A stretch of 64,000 nucleotides of DNA from contig CACBFE010000005.1 of NCBI GenBank assembly GCA_902538445.1, forward strand, positions 1,319 to 65,318. Direction: 5' to 3'. Below the pieces are notes generated by a model that saw nothing but the letters and a program-made list of their open reading frames with translations, was not told the DNA's origin and did no database searches. Of this stretch, positions 12,221 through 22,060 are shown one piece after another. Made by a program: the position numbers and the translations under genes. Position 1 is the first letter of the stretch; the number at the start of each line of letters is the position of its first letter. The stretch comes from an uncultured Pelagibacteraceae bacterium (GTDB taxonomy: Bacteria > Pseudomonadota > Alphaproteobacteria > Pelagibacterales > Pelagibacteraceae).

Positions 12221-12964
12221 TTAATTATTTAAATCTCCCCACTCATCTTCATCTTCGATAGAGTTTTTTATTTTATTTTCTCTATCTTGAAGATAAATAC
12301 TTTTAAGCGAGGAATATAAATCTATAGAATTTTTTTCTAAGGATTGGAAATTTTTGTCATTATCGGCTCTGAAATCAACTACACCTGTTGCTTTAACAGA
12401 GTAATAATCAAGAGTATTTCCAGATGCACCGAAAAGCTCTTTTTCTCTAAGTGTCACATGTGCAAATGGATCTATAAAAGTATCAGCAAGAAGACCAATA
12501 GAGTCTCTTGCTGTTGTAGGACCCAAAATTGGAAGAACAAAATAACATCCTGGGCCTATTCCATATGACCCTAAAGTTTGACCAACATCTTCTTTGTGGG
12601 GTTTAAGGCCAATTTTTTCAGCAGGATTGAAAATACCCAAAATACCAACCGTAGTGTTTATGGCAAAACTTCCTACTGAATGCCCTAATTGCTTAAACTC
12701 GCCCTGTAAAATATTGTTTGGAATTGATAATAAAGTTCCAATGTTCGAAGTGAAATTACTTGTGCCAGTCCTTATTGGTGAGGGTAATTTATTATAACCC
12801 TTTGCTAATGGTTCTAAGATAATATCGTCTAATGCCATGTTAAATTTAAAAATTGCTCTGCTTGTTCCTTCAAAACACTCTTCAGCAGATTGAACAGACG
12901 GAGATGCTATAAATAGGAGTGTCAAAAAAGACAATATAACCTTAATATTTTTAAAAGAATTCAT
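12221..12964 (-). CDS. mlaA: VacJ/MlaA family lipid asymmetry protein
   Basis: E...RAIFKFN, IN.T.GILGIF, EDVGQTLG.YG...G.YFVLPILGPTTARD. Confidence 0.92.
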   Translation of the reverse strand: MNSFKNIKVILSFLTLLFIASPSVQSAEECFEGTSRAIFKFNMALDDIILEPLAKGYNKLPSPIRTGTSNFTSNIGTLLSIPNNILQGEFKQLGHSVGSFAINTTVGILGIFNPAEKIGLKPHKEDVGQTLGSYGIGPGCYFVLPILGPTTARDSIGLLADTFIDPFAHVTLREKELFGASGNTLDYYSVKATGVVDFRADNDKNFQSLEKNSIDLYSSLKSIYLQDRENKIKNSIEDEDEWGDLNN

Positions 12965-13056
12965 AATCGCTATATATATAATTTTAATCTATATTCTAGA
13001 AGAAATTTAGCCTAAAATTGATAAAAAATACCAATATTACGCTTACAGTTAATATT

Positions 13057-13767
13057 ATGAAAATAGTTCAAAGATTATCTCCAAATCAATCAAAGAATCT
13101 GAGGTCTTTTAGAGACATAAAGTTTATAATAATTCATTATACCGGAATGCAATCAGAAATTGAATCAATCAAAAGGCTGTTAAATCCCAAGTCTAAAGTA
13201 AGTTGTCACTATTTAATCAGTAGAAATGGAAAAATTATTCAGATGGTTAAAGATACTCGAGTAGCTTGGCATGCTGGTAAATCTAAGTGGAAAAAATTTA
13301 CTAATCTAAATAAAAATTCTTTAGGCATTGAATTAGTTAATAGAGGGCACAAATATGGCTACCAAAGTTTTAGCAATAAACAGATTATAAGTTTAATTCA
13401 ATTATGCAAAAAATTAAAAAAAAAATACTTAATTAAGAGAGAAAATTTTCTTGGCCACTCTGACATTGCCCCGCTAAGAAAAAATGATCCAGGAGAAAAA
13501 TTCCCTTGGGAAAGTTTAAGCACTCACAATATTGGTATGTGGTATAAAAAAAGAGGCAATTATGATTTTGCCGTAATAAAAAAAAAAATTGAAATTCATT
13601 TTTTTAAAAATCTTCATAAAATTGGTTATGGTTATTTTAGCATCAATAAAAGGAACTCTAAGGATAAAAAGATAATTAAATCTTTTCAAAGACATTACCT
13701 TCCAAGTAACGTTACTGGAAGAATAGATCAAAAAACCTTTATAATTAGCCATTTTTTAGCTCATTAG
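13057..13767 (+). CDS. N-acetylmuramoyl-L-alanine amidase (AmiD/AmpD, Amidase_2) with C-terminal peptidoglycan-binding domain
   Basis: IIIHYTGM, VSCHYLI, AWHAG.S.W, SLGIELVN, GHSDIAP.RK.DPG, FQRHY; start set at ATG 13057. Confidence 0.93.
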   Translation: MKIVQRLSPNQSKNLRSFRDIKFIIIHYTGMQSEIESIKRLLNPKSKVSCHYLISRNGKIIQMVKDTRVAWHAGKSKWKKFTNLNKNSLGIELVNRGHKYGYQSFSNKQIISLIQLCKKLKKKYLIKRENFLGHSDIAPLRKNDPGEKFPWESLSTHNIGMWYKKRGNYDFAVIKKKIEIHFFKNLHKIGYGYFSINKRNSKDKKIIKSFQRHYLPSNVTGRIDQKTFIISHFLAH

Positions 13768-13810
13768 GCTTTAATATCTTGATTATATGCAATTAATTAA
13801 TTAAAAGACT

Positions 13811-14178
13811 TTTGCCAGATAATTGGATTGTCGCTATTATAGTTATACTTATAGTAGAGGAAAGTCCGGGCTCCAGAAAGACACAGTGCCAGTTAATAAC
13901 TGGCGAAGGTGACTTCAGGGATAGTGCCACAGAAAATAAACCGCCTTATCAAGGCAAGGGTGAAACGGCGAGGTAAGAGCTCACCGGTTTTTTGGTAACA
14001 AAAAACGCAAGGCAAACCCCACTGGGAGCAAGGTTAAATAGGGAAAACAATGTGCGTAAGCACTAAAAACAGTCTTTCGTTAGTTTTCCGGGTTAACCGC
14101 TTGAGCTTAAATGTGAATTTGAGCCTAGATAAATGACATCTTCAATGACAGAACCCGGCTTACAGATTATCTGGCAAA
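13811..14178 (+). ncRNA. rnpB: RNase P RNA (bacterial type A)
   Basis: GAGGAAAGTCCGGGCTCC and CAGAACCCGGCTTA conserved cores; terminal P1 helix TTTGCCAGATAAT / ATTATCTGGCAAA. Confidence 0.97.
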
Positions 14179-14228
14179 ATCATAGCAAAAATGTTCTTCT
14201 TTTGTACTTTAAATAAAATATAAAATTA

Positions 14229-14272
14229 TTGACTAATTTTTAAAAACCCATACTATCCCAATAAATCCCATA
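14229..14272 (+). promoter_or_regulatory. Putative dcw promoter (TTGACT-N16-TACTAT) overlapped by three CCCA (TGGG on minus strand) boxes with 10-bp period, probable MraZ operator
   Basis: CCCA at 14247, 14257, 14267; TTGACT 14229-14234, TACTAT 14251-14256; directly upstream of mraZ. Confidence 0.6.
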
Positions 14273-14321
14273 AAGGAGGGTAGATTGGAAAATTTAAATA
14301 TTAACAGGTTTTTTACTAAAA

Positions 14322-14786
14322 ATGTTTTTATCAAGTTACGAGAACAAAATAGACAAGAAGGGACGTGTTTCAGTGCCAGCAACATTTAGATCTCACCTAA
14401 ACTCTATTGGGTACAATGGTTTTATAAGCTACCCGTCTTTTAATCATCCTGCGTTAGAAGCTTGTTCACAAGATAGAATAGAAAAACTTTCAAATACCAT
14501 AGACTCACTTAATCCCTTTGAGGAAAAAAGAGATTTTTTTGCTACTTCTATTTTATCTGAAAGCGAGAACTTACAGTTTGATACGGAAGGAAGAGTTTCT
14601 TTATCTAAAAAATTACTTGATCACGCAAAAATAAGAAACAGTGTTTTGTTCGTTGGGTTAGGAAAAACTTTTCAAATATGGGAGCCGAATAATTTTAGTA
14701 AATTTAAAACAGTAGCTAGAAAAAAAGCTTATCAAAATAGATCGAGTTTAAAATGGGAAAATAAAAACAGGGGAGAGTTATCATGA
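14322..14786 (+). CDS. mraZ: Division/cell-wall cluster transcriptional repressor MraZ
   Basis: MFLSSYENKIDKKGRVSVPA.FR and second D.EGRV repeat, G.G..FQIW.P. Confidence 0.96.
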   Translation: MFLSSYENKIDKKGRVSVPATFRSHLNSIGYNGFISYPSFNHPALEACSQDRIEKLSNTIDSLNPFEEKRDFFATSILSESENLQFDTEGRVSLSKKLLDHAKIRNSVLFVGLGKTFQIWEPNNFSKFKTVARKKAYQNRSSLKWENKNRGELS

Positions 14787-16261
14787 GCATAAATATTGGC
14801 GGAGGAGAAGTAAAAGAATTAAAACCTAGAATATTAGTTTTAGGTGTGGGAGGTGCTGGTGGAAACGCTATTAATGCGATGATTGAAGCTGGTATGGAAG
14901 GAGTGGAATTCGTTGCAGTAAATACAGATGCGCAAGATTTAAAAATGAGCAAAGCCCACGCAAAAATTCAAATTGGCATGAACCTTACAAAAGGTTTAGG
15001 CGCTGGAGCAAAACATGATATTGGTCAGGCTGCAGCGGATGAGTCTTTAAATGAAATTGCAAACTTTATGCAGGGCGCAAACATGGTTTTCATTACTTCA
15101 GGAATGGGTGGGGGAACAGGAACTGGAGCCTCACATGTCATAGCAAAAGCAGCTAGAGAATTGAATATTTTAACTGTAGGTGTAACAACTTTACCTTTTT
15201 CTTACGAGGGACCTAAAAGAATGAGAAGAGCAATTGAAGGGTTAGAACAATTTAAAAAACATTTAGATACTGTCATAGTAGTACCAAATCAAAATCTTTT
15301 TAAGATTGCGAGTGAAACAACCACTTTTGAGGAGTCATTTAATTTATCAAATAATGTTTTAAAACATGGAGTGCAAAGCGTAACAGATTTAATGGTTAGA
15401 CCAGGAATGATAAACCTTGATTTTGCTGATGTTGAAACGGTAATGAGCTCTATGGGTAAAGCAATGATGGGGACTGGTGAAGCAGAAGGTGAAAATAGAG
15501 CTATGACAGCTACAGAAATGGCTCTTAATAATCCTTTGATTGATGAGTATTCTCTCCAAGGAGCCAAGGGTTTATTAATTAATATTACTGGAGGTAACGA
15601 TCTTACATTATTTGAGGTAGATCAATCAGTGAACAAAATTAGGGCCGAAGTTGATCCAGAAGCTGAATTAATTTTTGGAGCAATTAAAGATGAGAGCATG
15701 AACGGCAAAATAAGAGTATCAATAGTTGCAACCGCATTAGATGGTCATAAGACTGAAAGTAATACAGTTTTAAATATGGTTTCCCGTATTCAAAATAGAA
15801 ATACAGGTTACTCTGAAAATTTATTTTCTCGTAACTCAAGAATTGAGAGTAATACACTAAATTCAATTGACGGTGCAAACGCTTTAAAACTCGATGACAG
15901 CTATGAATTAGAGGAAGCAAATGACTCTTTTAATAATTACGAAAACCATTCGAACAATCAAATTTCGGAGGAGGTAACAAACGACAATAACCCGGGGATA
16001 GACAACGTATCACCAGGTATTTCGATTGAAAGTGCATCTTATATAGAGAACAATAATTTAGAAGAGGCAAAAGACCTCGTTAAAGAAAATGAAGATGAAT
16101 ATACGCCAGGATTATTCTCTGAAAGTCAAAGTTATCAATCAGACGAGGCTCTAGAGACTCATGAGGATAGAAGTAAAGATAGTCAGGAATTATTTGACCA
16201 AGAAACTAGTGAGGAAGAAGATTTTGAAATTCCTGCGTTTTTAAGAAAACAAAAGTTTTAA
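14783..16261 (+). CDS. ftsZ: Cell division protein FtsZ
   Basis: GVGGAGGNA, GMGGGTGTGA tubulin motif, acidic linker, C-terminal EIPAFLRKQ. Confidence 0.99.
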   Translation: MSINIGGGEVKELKPRILVLGVGGAGGNAINAMIEAGMEGVEFVAVNTDAQDLKMSKAHAKIQIGMNLTKGLGAGAKHDIGQAAADESLNEIANFMQGANMVFITSGMGGGTGTGASHVIAKAARELNILTVGVTTLPFSYEGPKRMRRAIEGLEQFKKHLDTVIVVPNQNLFKIASETTTFEESFNLSNNVLKHGVQSVTDLMVRPGMINLDFADVETVMSSMGKAMMGTGEAEGENRAMTATEMALNNPLIDEYSLQGAKGLLINITGGNDLTLFEVDQSVNKIRAEVDPEAELIFGAIKDESMNGKIRVSIVATALDGHKTESNTVLNMVSRIQNRNTGYSENLFSRNSRIESNTLNSIDGANALKLDDSYELEEANDSFNNYENHSNNQISEEVTNDNNPGIDNVSPGISIESASYIENNNLEEAKDLVKENEDEYTPGLFSESQSYQSDEALETHEDRSKDSQELFDQETSEEEDFEIPAFLRKQKF

Positions 16262-16279
16262 TGACTCAATTTTGGACTC

Positions 16280-17290
16280 ATGAACAATCAAAACACATCA
16301 CTGGAATTCTCCCATTTTCCAGTGATGCTGAATGAGGTTTTAAAAATTTCTTTACCATCCTCAAAAAAAAAAATTATAGATTGTACTTTTGGCGGCGGTG
16401 GTTATTCGAAAGCCATTCTCAACCTTTCTGGCGCAACAGTTCAAGCCATTGATAGAGATAAAAAAGTATCCCCAATAGCTAAAAAATTTGAAAAAGAATT
16501 TCCAAAAAGATTTAAATTTGATCAAATAAAATTTAGTCAATTAGATACCATATCCGATGAATTTGTAGATGTAGTGATTTTTGATTTAGGTCTATCATCT
16601 ATTCAATTAGATGATTATGACAGAGGTTTTTCTTTTAAATCTAAGAAAAAATTGAATATGACTATGGGTCTTAATGAAATAACAGCTTTAGAGGCAATAA
16701 ATAATTTAGGAGAAACAGATCTTAAACTAATAATTAAAATTTTAGGCAACGAACAGGAAGCATCAAGAATTGCTAAAAATATAATAAAATTTAGAAATAC
16801 AGAAAAAATTTTGAATACATCAGATCTTGTGAGAATAATTGAAAAAAGTAAAAAAAAAGATTATTCCAGCAAGATAAATCCTTGTACTAAAACTTTTCAG
16901 GCTTTAAGAATATTTGTTAATAAAGAAATCACAGAATTAATACATGGTGTTATAAGCGCTACTAAAAAATTAAAACCAGGTGGTAAAATTTTAGTAATAA
17001 GTTTCCATTCTTTAGAAGATAGAATTATAAAATATTTCTTTTCCAATTTTTCTAAAAATAAATCTAAACCATCAAGATATTTTCCAGACAGCAGAGGTTT
17101 AGATAATACTTTATTTAGTACATATAAAAATAAAGTTTTTACTCCATCAAAACTAGAAATTGAAAAAAACAATAGGTCTAGATCAGCAAAATTAAGATTC
17201 GCCGTAAGAAGCAAAAATAAATTTGAGTATCCATACGATTTTATAAAAAAATTTAAAAAGTACTTAGATTTAGAATCAATTAATGTTTAA
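16280..17290 (+). CDS. rsmH: 16S rRNA m4C1402 methyltransferase
   Basis: HFPVMLNEV, DCTFGGGG, DLGLSSIQLD..RGFSF, FQALRIFVN.E, SFHSLEDR, RSRSAKLR. Confidence 0.96.
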   Translation: MNNQNTSLEFSHFPVMLNEVLKISLPSSKKKIIDCTFGGGGYSKAILNLSGATVQAIDRDKKVSPIAKKFEKEFPKRFKFDQIKFSQLDTISDEFVDVVIFDLGLSSIQLDDYDRGFSFKSKKKLNMTMGLNEITALEAINNLGETDLKLIIKILGNEQEASRIAKNIIKFRNTEKILNTSDLVRIIEKSKKKDYSSKINPCTKTFQALRIFVNKEITELIHGVISATKKLKPGGKILVISFHSLEDRIIKYFFSNFSKNKSKPSRYFPDSRGLDNTLFSTYKNKVFTPSKLEIEKNNRSRSAKLRFAVRSKNKFEYPYDFIKKFKKYLDLESINV

Positions 17291-17621
17291 AAAAAAATTT
17301 ATAATTTCTATTGCTATTTTTATTACTTTCTTAGTAATCACCTCAATTATTAAAAACAAAACACATATTATAGAAAAACAAATGTTAAATCTAAATATTG
17401 AAATATTAGAGAAAAAAAAAGATATTAATGAGGCCCAGCTTGATTTTTATTACTTAACATCACCTGCAGAAATCGAAAAAAAACTAAATTTAATTGGATT
17501 TAATGATTACCATCCAATTAAATATTCAAACATATTTTTTGACATCACTGATTTTACAAATATGAACAGTAAAATTTCTAATATTAAAACTTTCAATGAA
17601 AAAAAAATCAAAAATAAATAA
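17283..17621 (+). CDS. ftsL: Probable cell division protein FtsL
   Basis: Single N-terminal TM, coiled coil, YLTSP..I motif, position between rsmH and ftsI. Confidence 0.7.
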   Translation: MFKKKFIISIAIFITFLVITSIIKNKTHIIEKQMLNLNIEILEKKKDINEAQLDFYYLTSPAEIEKKLNLIGFNDYHPIKYSNIFFDITDFTNMNSKISNIKTFNEKKIKNK

Positions 17622-19317
17622 AAATTTCAATCAAACAAGTTTTTATTTTGAGGATTATTTTGAAATAAATAAAAAAAATAAGATTTTAAAAAAAACAAGT
17701 AACTTTCAAGATAGGATTTATCTATTATTTTTTTTCTTCTTTTCTTTAATTTTAATTTTCTCAATTAAAATTACCCATATTTCATTAAATAAAAAAAATA
17801 TTTTTTATTATGAAAAACAATCTTCCAAATTTTCTGTAATAAGGAGAGATATAGTTGATAGAAATGGAGTGATAATTTCAAGAAATATAAACACTTTTCA
17901 TGCAGCAATAGACCCAAAATTAGTAAAAGATAAAAAAAAATTACTTATTAATTTAAGAATAAATTTTCCTGAACTTCAGATAGATGAAATTAATAAAAAA
18001 TTAAATGAAAAAAAATATTTTAGAATAAAAAAGAGGATTGATCATAACGAAAAAGAAAAGCTTTGGGGATTAGGTGAAAAAGGGATCAAGTTTGAACCCT
18101 TTCAAGCGAGAATGTACACCCACGGAAATTTATTTAGCCACATTATTGGACAGGTCGATTATGACAATTACGGAATATCTGGTTTGGAAAAATATTTTGA
18201 TAAAGAATTAAAAAATAAAAAACTACTTAATCAACCTTTAAAGTTAACTTTAGACAGCAATATTCAATATATTGTTAATAAAGAATTAGATGAAGCGATA
18301 AAAACTTTTGATGCCACTGGAGGAGGAGCTCTATTAATGGACGTAAATAATGGAGATATAATATCTTTAGTATCATTGCCTAATTTCAATATAAACAAGA
18401 GAGTAACTATAAAAGATGAAAAATTTATAAATAAAATAACCAAAGGGGTCTATGAGCTGGGATCTATATTCAAAACCTTTACTGTTGCATTAGCTTTAGA
18501 TCATAAATTAGTAGACACTGATACAATTATTAAAGATATACCAAATAAAATCAAATGTTCAATCCACCAAATTACTGACATGAAAGAACATCCAAACAAT
18601 CTTTCTGTTGAGGAAATTTTAATTAGATCCTCAAATGTTGGTTCCGTATTCCTTGCAAAAAAAGTTGGTGAAGACAATTATAAAGAATTTATAAAAAAAA
18701 CTCGACTTACAAATAATCCAACAATTGAGCTAGAGGAGGTTGGAACACCTCACCAACTAAAGTGGGATAAATGTAAATTAGAAACCATATCTTTTGGTCA
18801 TGGTATTACCACTACACCTTTACAAGCTACAGCTTTATATGGAGCAATTAGTAATGGAGGTAAATTAATTACACCTAGTTTAATTAAAGATAGAAAAATT
18901 GAAAAACCCAAAAAAATAATTGAAAGTGAAACCAGTGATAAATTAATTAGAATTTTAAGAAAAGTTGTTACTAGTAAAAATGGAACAGCATATCTAGCAA
19001 ATAAAAATGGTTATTACGTAGGAGGAAAAACAGGAACAGCTGAAAGTTATGGAAAAAAAAATAGGAGAATTAATACTTTTATTTCAATCTTCCCTTCTCA
19101 TAAACCAAATTACACACTTTTTGTAATGCTAGAGAATCCCAAAATTAATAAAAATTTAATTTATAGTTATCGAGGTGTAAAGACTAAAGCTCCTTATAAT
19201 ACATCTGGTTGGAATTCTGTTTATGTAGCAGGCAAAATAATAGAAAAAATTGGACCAATTTTAGCCATAAATAACAATGAGTTTACCGATCAGTATGTTG
19301 CTGAAAAATTTAATTAA
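17596..19317 (+). CDS. ftsI: Division transpeptidase PBP3
   Basis: R.DIVDRNG, G.SGLE, YELGSIFK (SxxK), SSN, GKTGT. Confidence 0.95.
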   Translation: MKKKSKINKNFNQTSFYFEDYFEINKKNKILKKTSNFQDRIYLLFFFFFSLILIFSIKITHISLNKKNIFYYEKQSSKFSVIRRDIVDRNGVIISRNINTFHAAIDPKLVKDKKKLLINLRINFPELQIDEINKKLNEKKYFRIKKRIDHNEKEKLWGLGEKGIKFEPFQARMYTHGNLFSHIIGQVDYDNYGISGLEKYFDKELKNKKLLNQPLKLTLDSNIQYIVNKELDEAIKTFDATGGGALLMDVNNGDIISLVSLPNFNINKRVTIKDEKFINKITKGVYELGSIFKTFTVALALDHKLVDTDTIIKDIPNKIKCSIHQITDMKEHPNNLSVEEILIRSSNVGSVFLAKKVGEDNYKEFIKKTRLTNNPTIELEEVGTPHQLKWDKCKLETISFGHGITTTPLQATALYGAISNGGKLITPSLIKDRKIEKPKKIIESETSDKLIRILRKVVTSKNGTAYLANKNGYYVGGKTGTAESYGKKNRRINTFISIFPSHKPNYTLFVMLENPKINKNLIYSYRGVKTKAPYNTSGWNSVYVAGKIIEKIGPILAINNNEFTDQYVAEKFN

Positions 19318-22060
19318 AAATGTTTCAAGTGATGATGAAAATATTTTCATCTCTGGACTTTCAACTAATAGCAAATATATAAAAAAAAATTATATTTTCT
19401 TTGCTATTAAAGGCAATAAATTAAATGGTGAAAATTTTATTAAAGAAGCAATTAACAAAGGTGCATCCGTTATTATTGCTTCTAAAAAATGTAAATTCGT
19501 AAGTAAAGATATACCAATTATTAAGACAAGTAATATAAGACATCTTTTAAGTGAGTTATCTTCTAAATTTTACAAGTTAAAGCCTAAAAATATCATTGCA
19601 GTTACAGGCACAAATGGAAAAACATCAGTAGCCGACTTATTTTATCAAATTTTAAGCATTAACAACATATCGGTTGCTTCAATTGGTACTTTGGGTATTA
19701 AATTTGATGGAAAGACTATAAAAACTAATCTTACCTCTCCCGATACACTCTCATTACATAAAAATTTGCAAATGTTGAAAAAAAAAAAAATTGATAATGT
19801 AATAATAGAATCGTCAAGTCATGGCTTAGATCAAAAAAGATTACATCACATTAAATTTAAAGGAGCAGTTTTTACAAACTTTAGCCAGGACCATCTTGAT
19901 TATCATAAAAATATGAAATCTTACCTAAATGCAAAATTAATATTATTCAGAGAAATTTTGAAGAGAAAATCAACTGTTATCTCTGATAAGAAAATTGGTC
20001 CATTTTATTTATTAAAAAAAATTGCGAATAAAAAGAATTTAAGAATTTTAGATATAAGCAAAGAGCTTAAAAAAATTAAAATTAAAAAATTAGGATTTAA
20101 AGATAATTTTAAAATGAAAAATTTAGCTATGGCAATAAAAGCAGCTAAACTAGCAGGGTTGCGCGAGAATGTGATTTATAAATCTTTAAAAAAAATACGA
20201 GATGTTAGTGGAAGATTGGAGTTAGTCCAAAAATATTCTAATGGCACAAGAGTCTTTATCGATTATGCACATACACCAGATGCTTTATCAAAAACATTAG
20301 AGTCTCTCAGGTCTAATTATGGAAAAAACATTTCTTTAGTTTTTGGGTGTGGGGGAGATAGAGATAAAAAAAAAAGAGCCCTTATGGCTAAAATAGCAGA
20401 CAAATATTGTAAAAAAATTTATGTAACAGATGATAACCCTAGAAACGAAAATCCAAAAAAGATAAGAAGTGAAATTTTAAAAAATATTAAAGACAAAAAA
20501 AACAAAAAAGTGTTTAATATTGGAAATAGAAGAATAGCTATTACAAGAGCTGTTCAAAACGCGGAACACCAAGAGATTATTCTTGTTGCTGGTAAAGGTC
20601 ATGAGGATCAACAAATTTATAAAAATAAAATAATAAAGATTTCTGATAAAAAGATTATAAATAAAATAAAAGTTAATATTTTAAATAATAAAAAACAAAA
20701 TGTTCTACAAAATAAACTAATATTAAAAGATATATTAGGAGTGTTTAAAAACGTAGAATTTACTGGTTTTTCAATAGACACAAGATTAATTAAAAAAGAT
20801 AACTTATTTTTAGCTATTAAGGGAAAAAAGAATGATGGAAATCAATTTATTAATGAAGCTTTAAAAAAAAAGGCAGGTTGCATAATAACCTCCTCAAAAA
20901 TAAAAAAAAAAAATAGAAAAATAATTAAGGTAAGAGATACAATTTCTTTTTTAAACCATTTTGCAAAGTTGAAAAGAAAAAAAAGTTTTGCTAAAATAAT
21001 AGCTATAACTGGCAGTGCAGGCAAAACATCTTTAAAAAATTTAATTACAAATTTACTACAAAATTCAGGAAAAACTTACTCTTCACCAAAGTCTTATAAT
21101 AACCATTTTGGTGTTCCAGTAAGTTTATCTAATTTAAGTTCTGATAATAAATTTGGAGTTTTTGAAGTAGGGATGAGTAAAGGTGGAGAAATTAAAAGAT
21201 TAACTAAGTTAATTCAACCTGATATTGGCATAATAACAAATATTGGAGAGGCTCACATAGAAAATTTTAAAAATATACATGAAATAGCAAAAGCCAAATC
21301 AGAAATTATAGAGAATATTAAAAGTGGAGGTACTGTAGTACTTAACAAAGATGATAAATTTTTTAATTATCTTTATAAAAAAGCAAAAAAATATAATTTA
21401 AAAATTATTACTTTTGGTCTTCATAAAAAGTCAGATGTTTCTTTGAAAAAGATTTTAAAAAAAGAGAATAGATCAAAAATATTTGTAAATATGAATAATC
21501 AGACTATTAATTTTGACATTAAAGATCTAAATATTAATAACATTTTATCCTCATTAGCAGTTTTAAAAGAACTTAAAATTGATGTTTTCAGTATAAAAAA
21601 TAAATTTAAATATTACGAATCAATTGAGGGAAGAGGAAAAAACTACTCAATCTCAAGGTATAAGAAAAAATTTAAACTAATCGATGAGAGTTACAATGCA
21701 AACCCACTATCGGTTAAAAATGCAATTAATAAGTTTAATTTTATTAAAAAAGAAAAATTCAAAAAATACTTGATACTTGGTGATATGCTTGAATTAGGTT
21801 CTAGATCTAGAAAATATCATGAAGAACTTTCAAAAGTTATTAACAATTCTGATATTGATAAAGTATTCATTAAAGGAAACAAAACGATTTTCACATATAA
21901 ACTTCTTAAAAAAGAAAAAAGAGGAAATATTTTACAAAATATCGAAGATATAGATTTAAGTTTAAACAAAACGATATCAAACAACGATTATTTAATGATC
22001 AAAGGATCTAATGCTACTGGGCTTTATAAATTTAGTCAAAAAATGATAAAAGGAATTTAA
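19295..22060 (+). CDS. murE-murF: Bifunctional MurE-MurF fusion ligase
   Basis: First half: VTGTNGKTS, DHLDYH, DYAHTPDA, DNPR (DAP-specific), GKGHE; second half: ITGSAGKTS, NN..GVP, DESYNANP, GDMLELG, KGS; single continuous ORF, start set at ATG 19295. Confidence 0.95.
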   Translation: MLLKNLIKNVSSDDENIFISGLSTNSKYIKKNYIFFAIKGNKLNGENFIKEAINKGASVIIASKKCKFVSKDIPIIKTSNIRHLLSELSSKFYKLKPKNIIAVTGTNGKTSVADLFYQILSINNISVASIGTLGIKFDGKTIKTNLTSPDTLSLHKNLQMLKKKKIDNVIIESSSHGLDQKRLHHIKFKGAVFTNFSQDHLDYHKNMKSYLNAKLILFREILKRKSTVISDKKIGPFYLLKKIANKKNLRILDISKELKKIKIKKLGFKDNFKMKNLAMAIKAAKLAGLRENVIYKSLKKIRDVSGRLELVQKYSNGTRVFIDYAHTPDALSKTLESLRSNYGKNISLVFGCGGDRDKKKRALMAKIADKYCKKIYVTDDNPRNENPKKIRSEILKNIKDKKNKKVFNIGNRRIAITRAVQNAEHQEIILVAGKGHEDQQIYKNKIIKISDKKIINKIKVNILNNKKQNVLQNKLILKDILGVFKNVEFTGFSIDTRLIKKDNLFLAIKGKKNDGNQFINEALKKKAGCIITSSKIKKKNRKIIKVRDTISFLNHFAKLKRKKSFAKIIAITGSAGKTSLKNLITNLLQNSGKTYSSPKSYNNHFGVPVSLSNLSSDNKFGVFEVGMSKGGEIKRLTKLIQPDIGIITNIGEAHIENFKNIHEIAKAKSEIIENIKSGGTVVLNKDDKFFNYLYKKAKKYNLKIITFGLHKKSDVSLKKILKKENRSKIFVNMNNQTINFDIKDLNINNILSSLAVLKELKIDVFSIKNKFKYYESIEGRGKNYSISRYKKKFKLIDESYNANPLSVKNAINKFNFIKKEKFKKYLILGDMLELGSRSRKYHEELSKVINNSDIDKVFIKGNKTIFTYKLLKKEKRGNILQNIEDIDLSLNKTISNNDYLMIKGSNATGLYKFSQKMIKGI

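Noticed and set aside
13768-13810. TTAA-rich stretches here and upstream of bactofilin as CtrA boxes
   Set aside because: I found no clean TTAA-N7-TTAA match, and TTAA is very common at this AT content.
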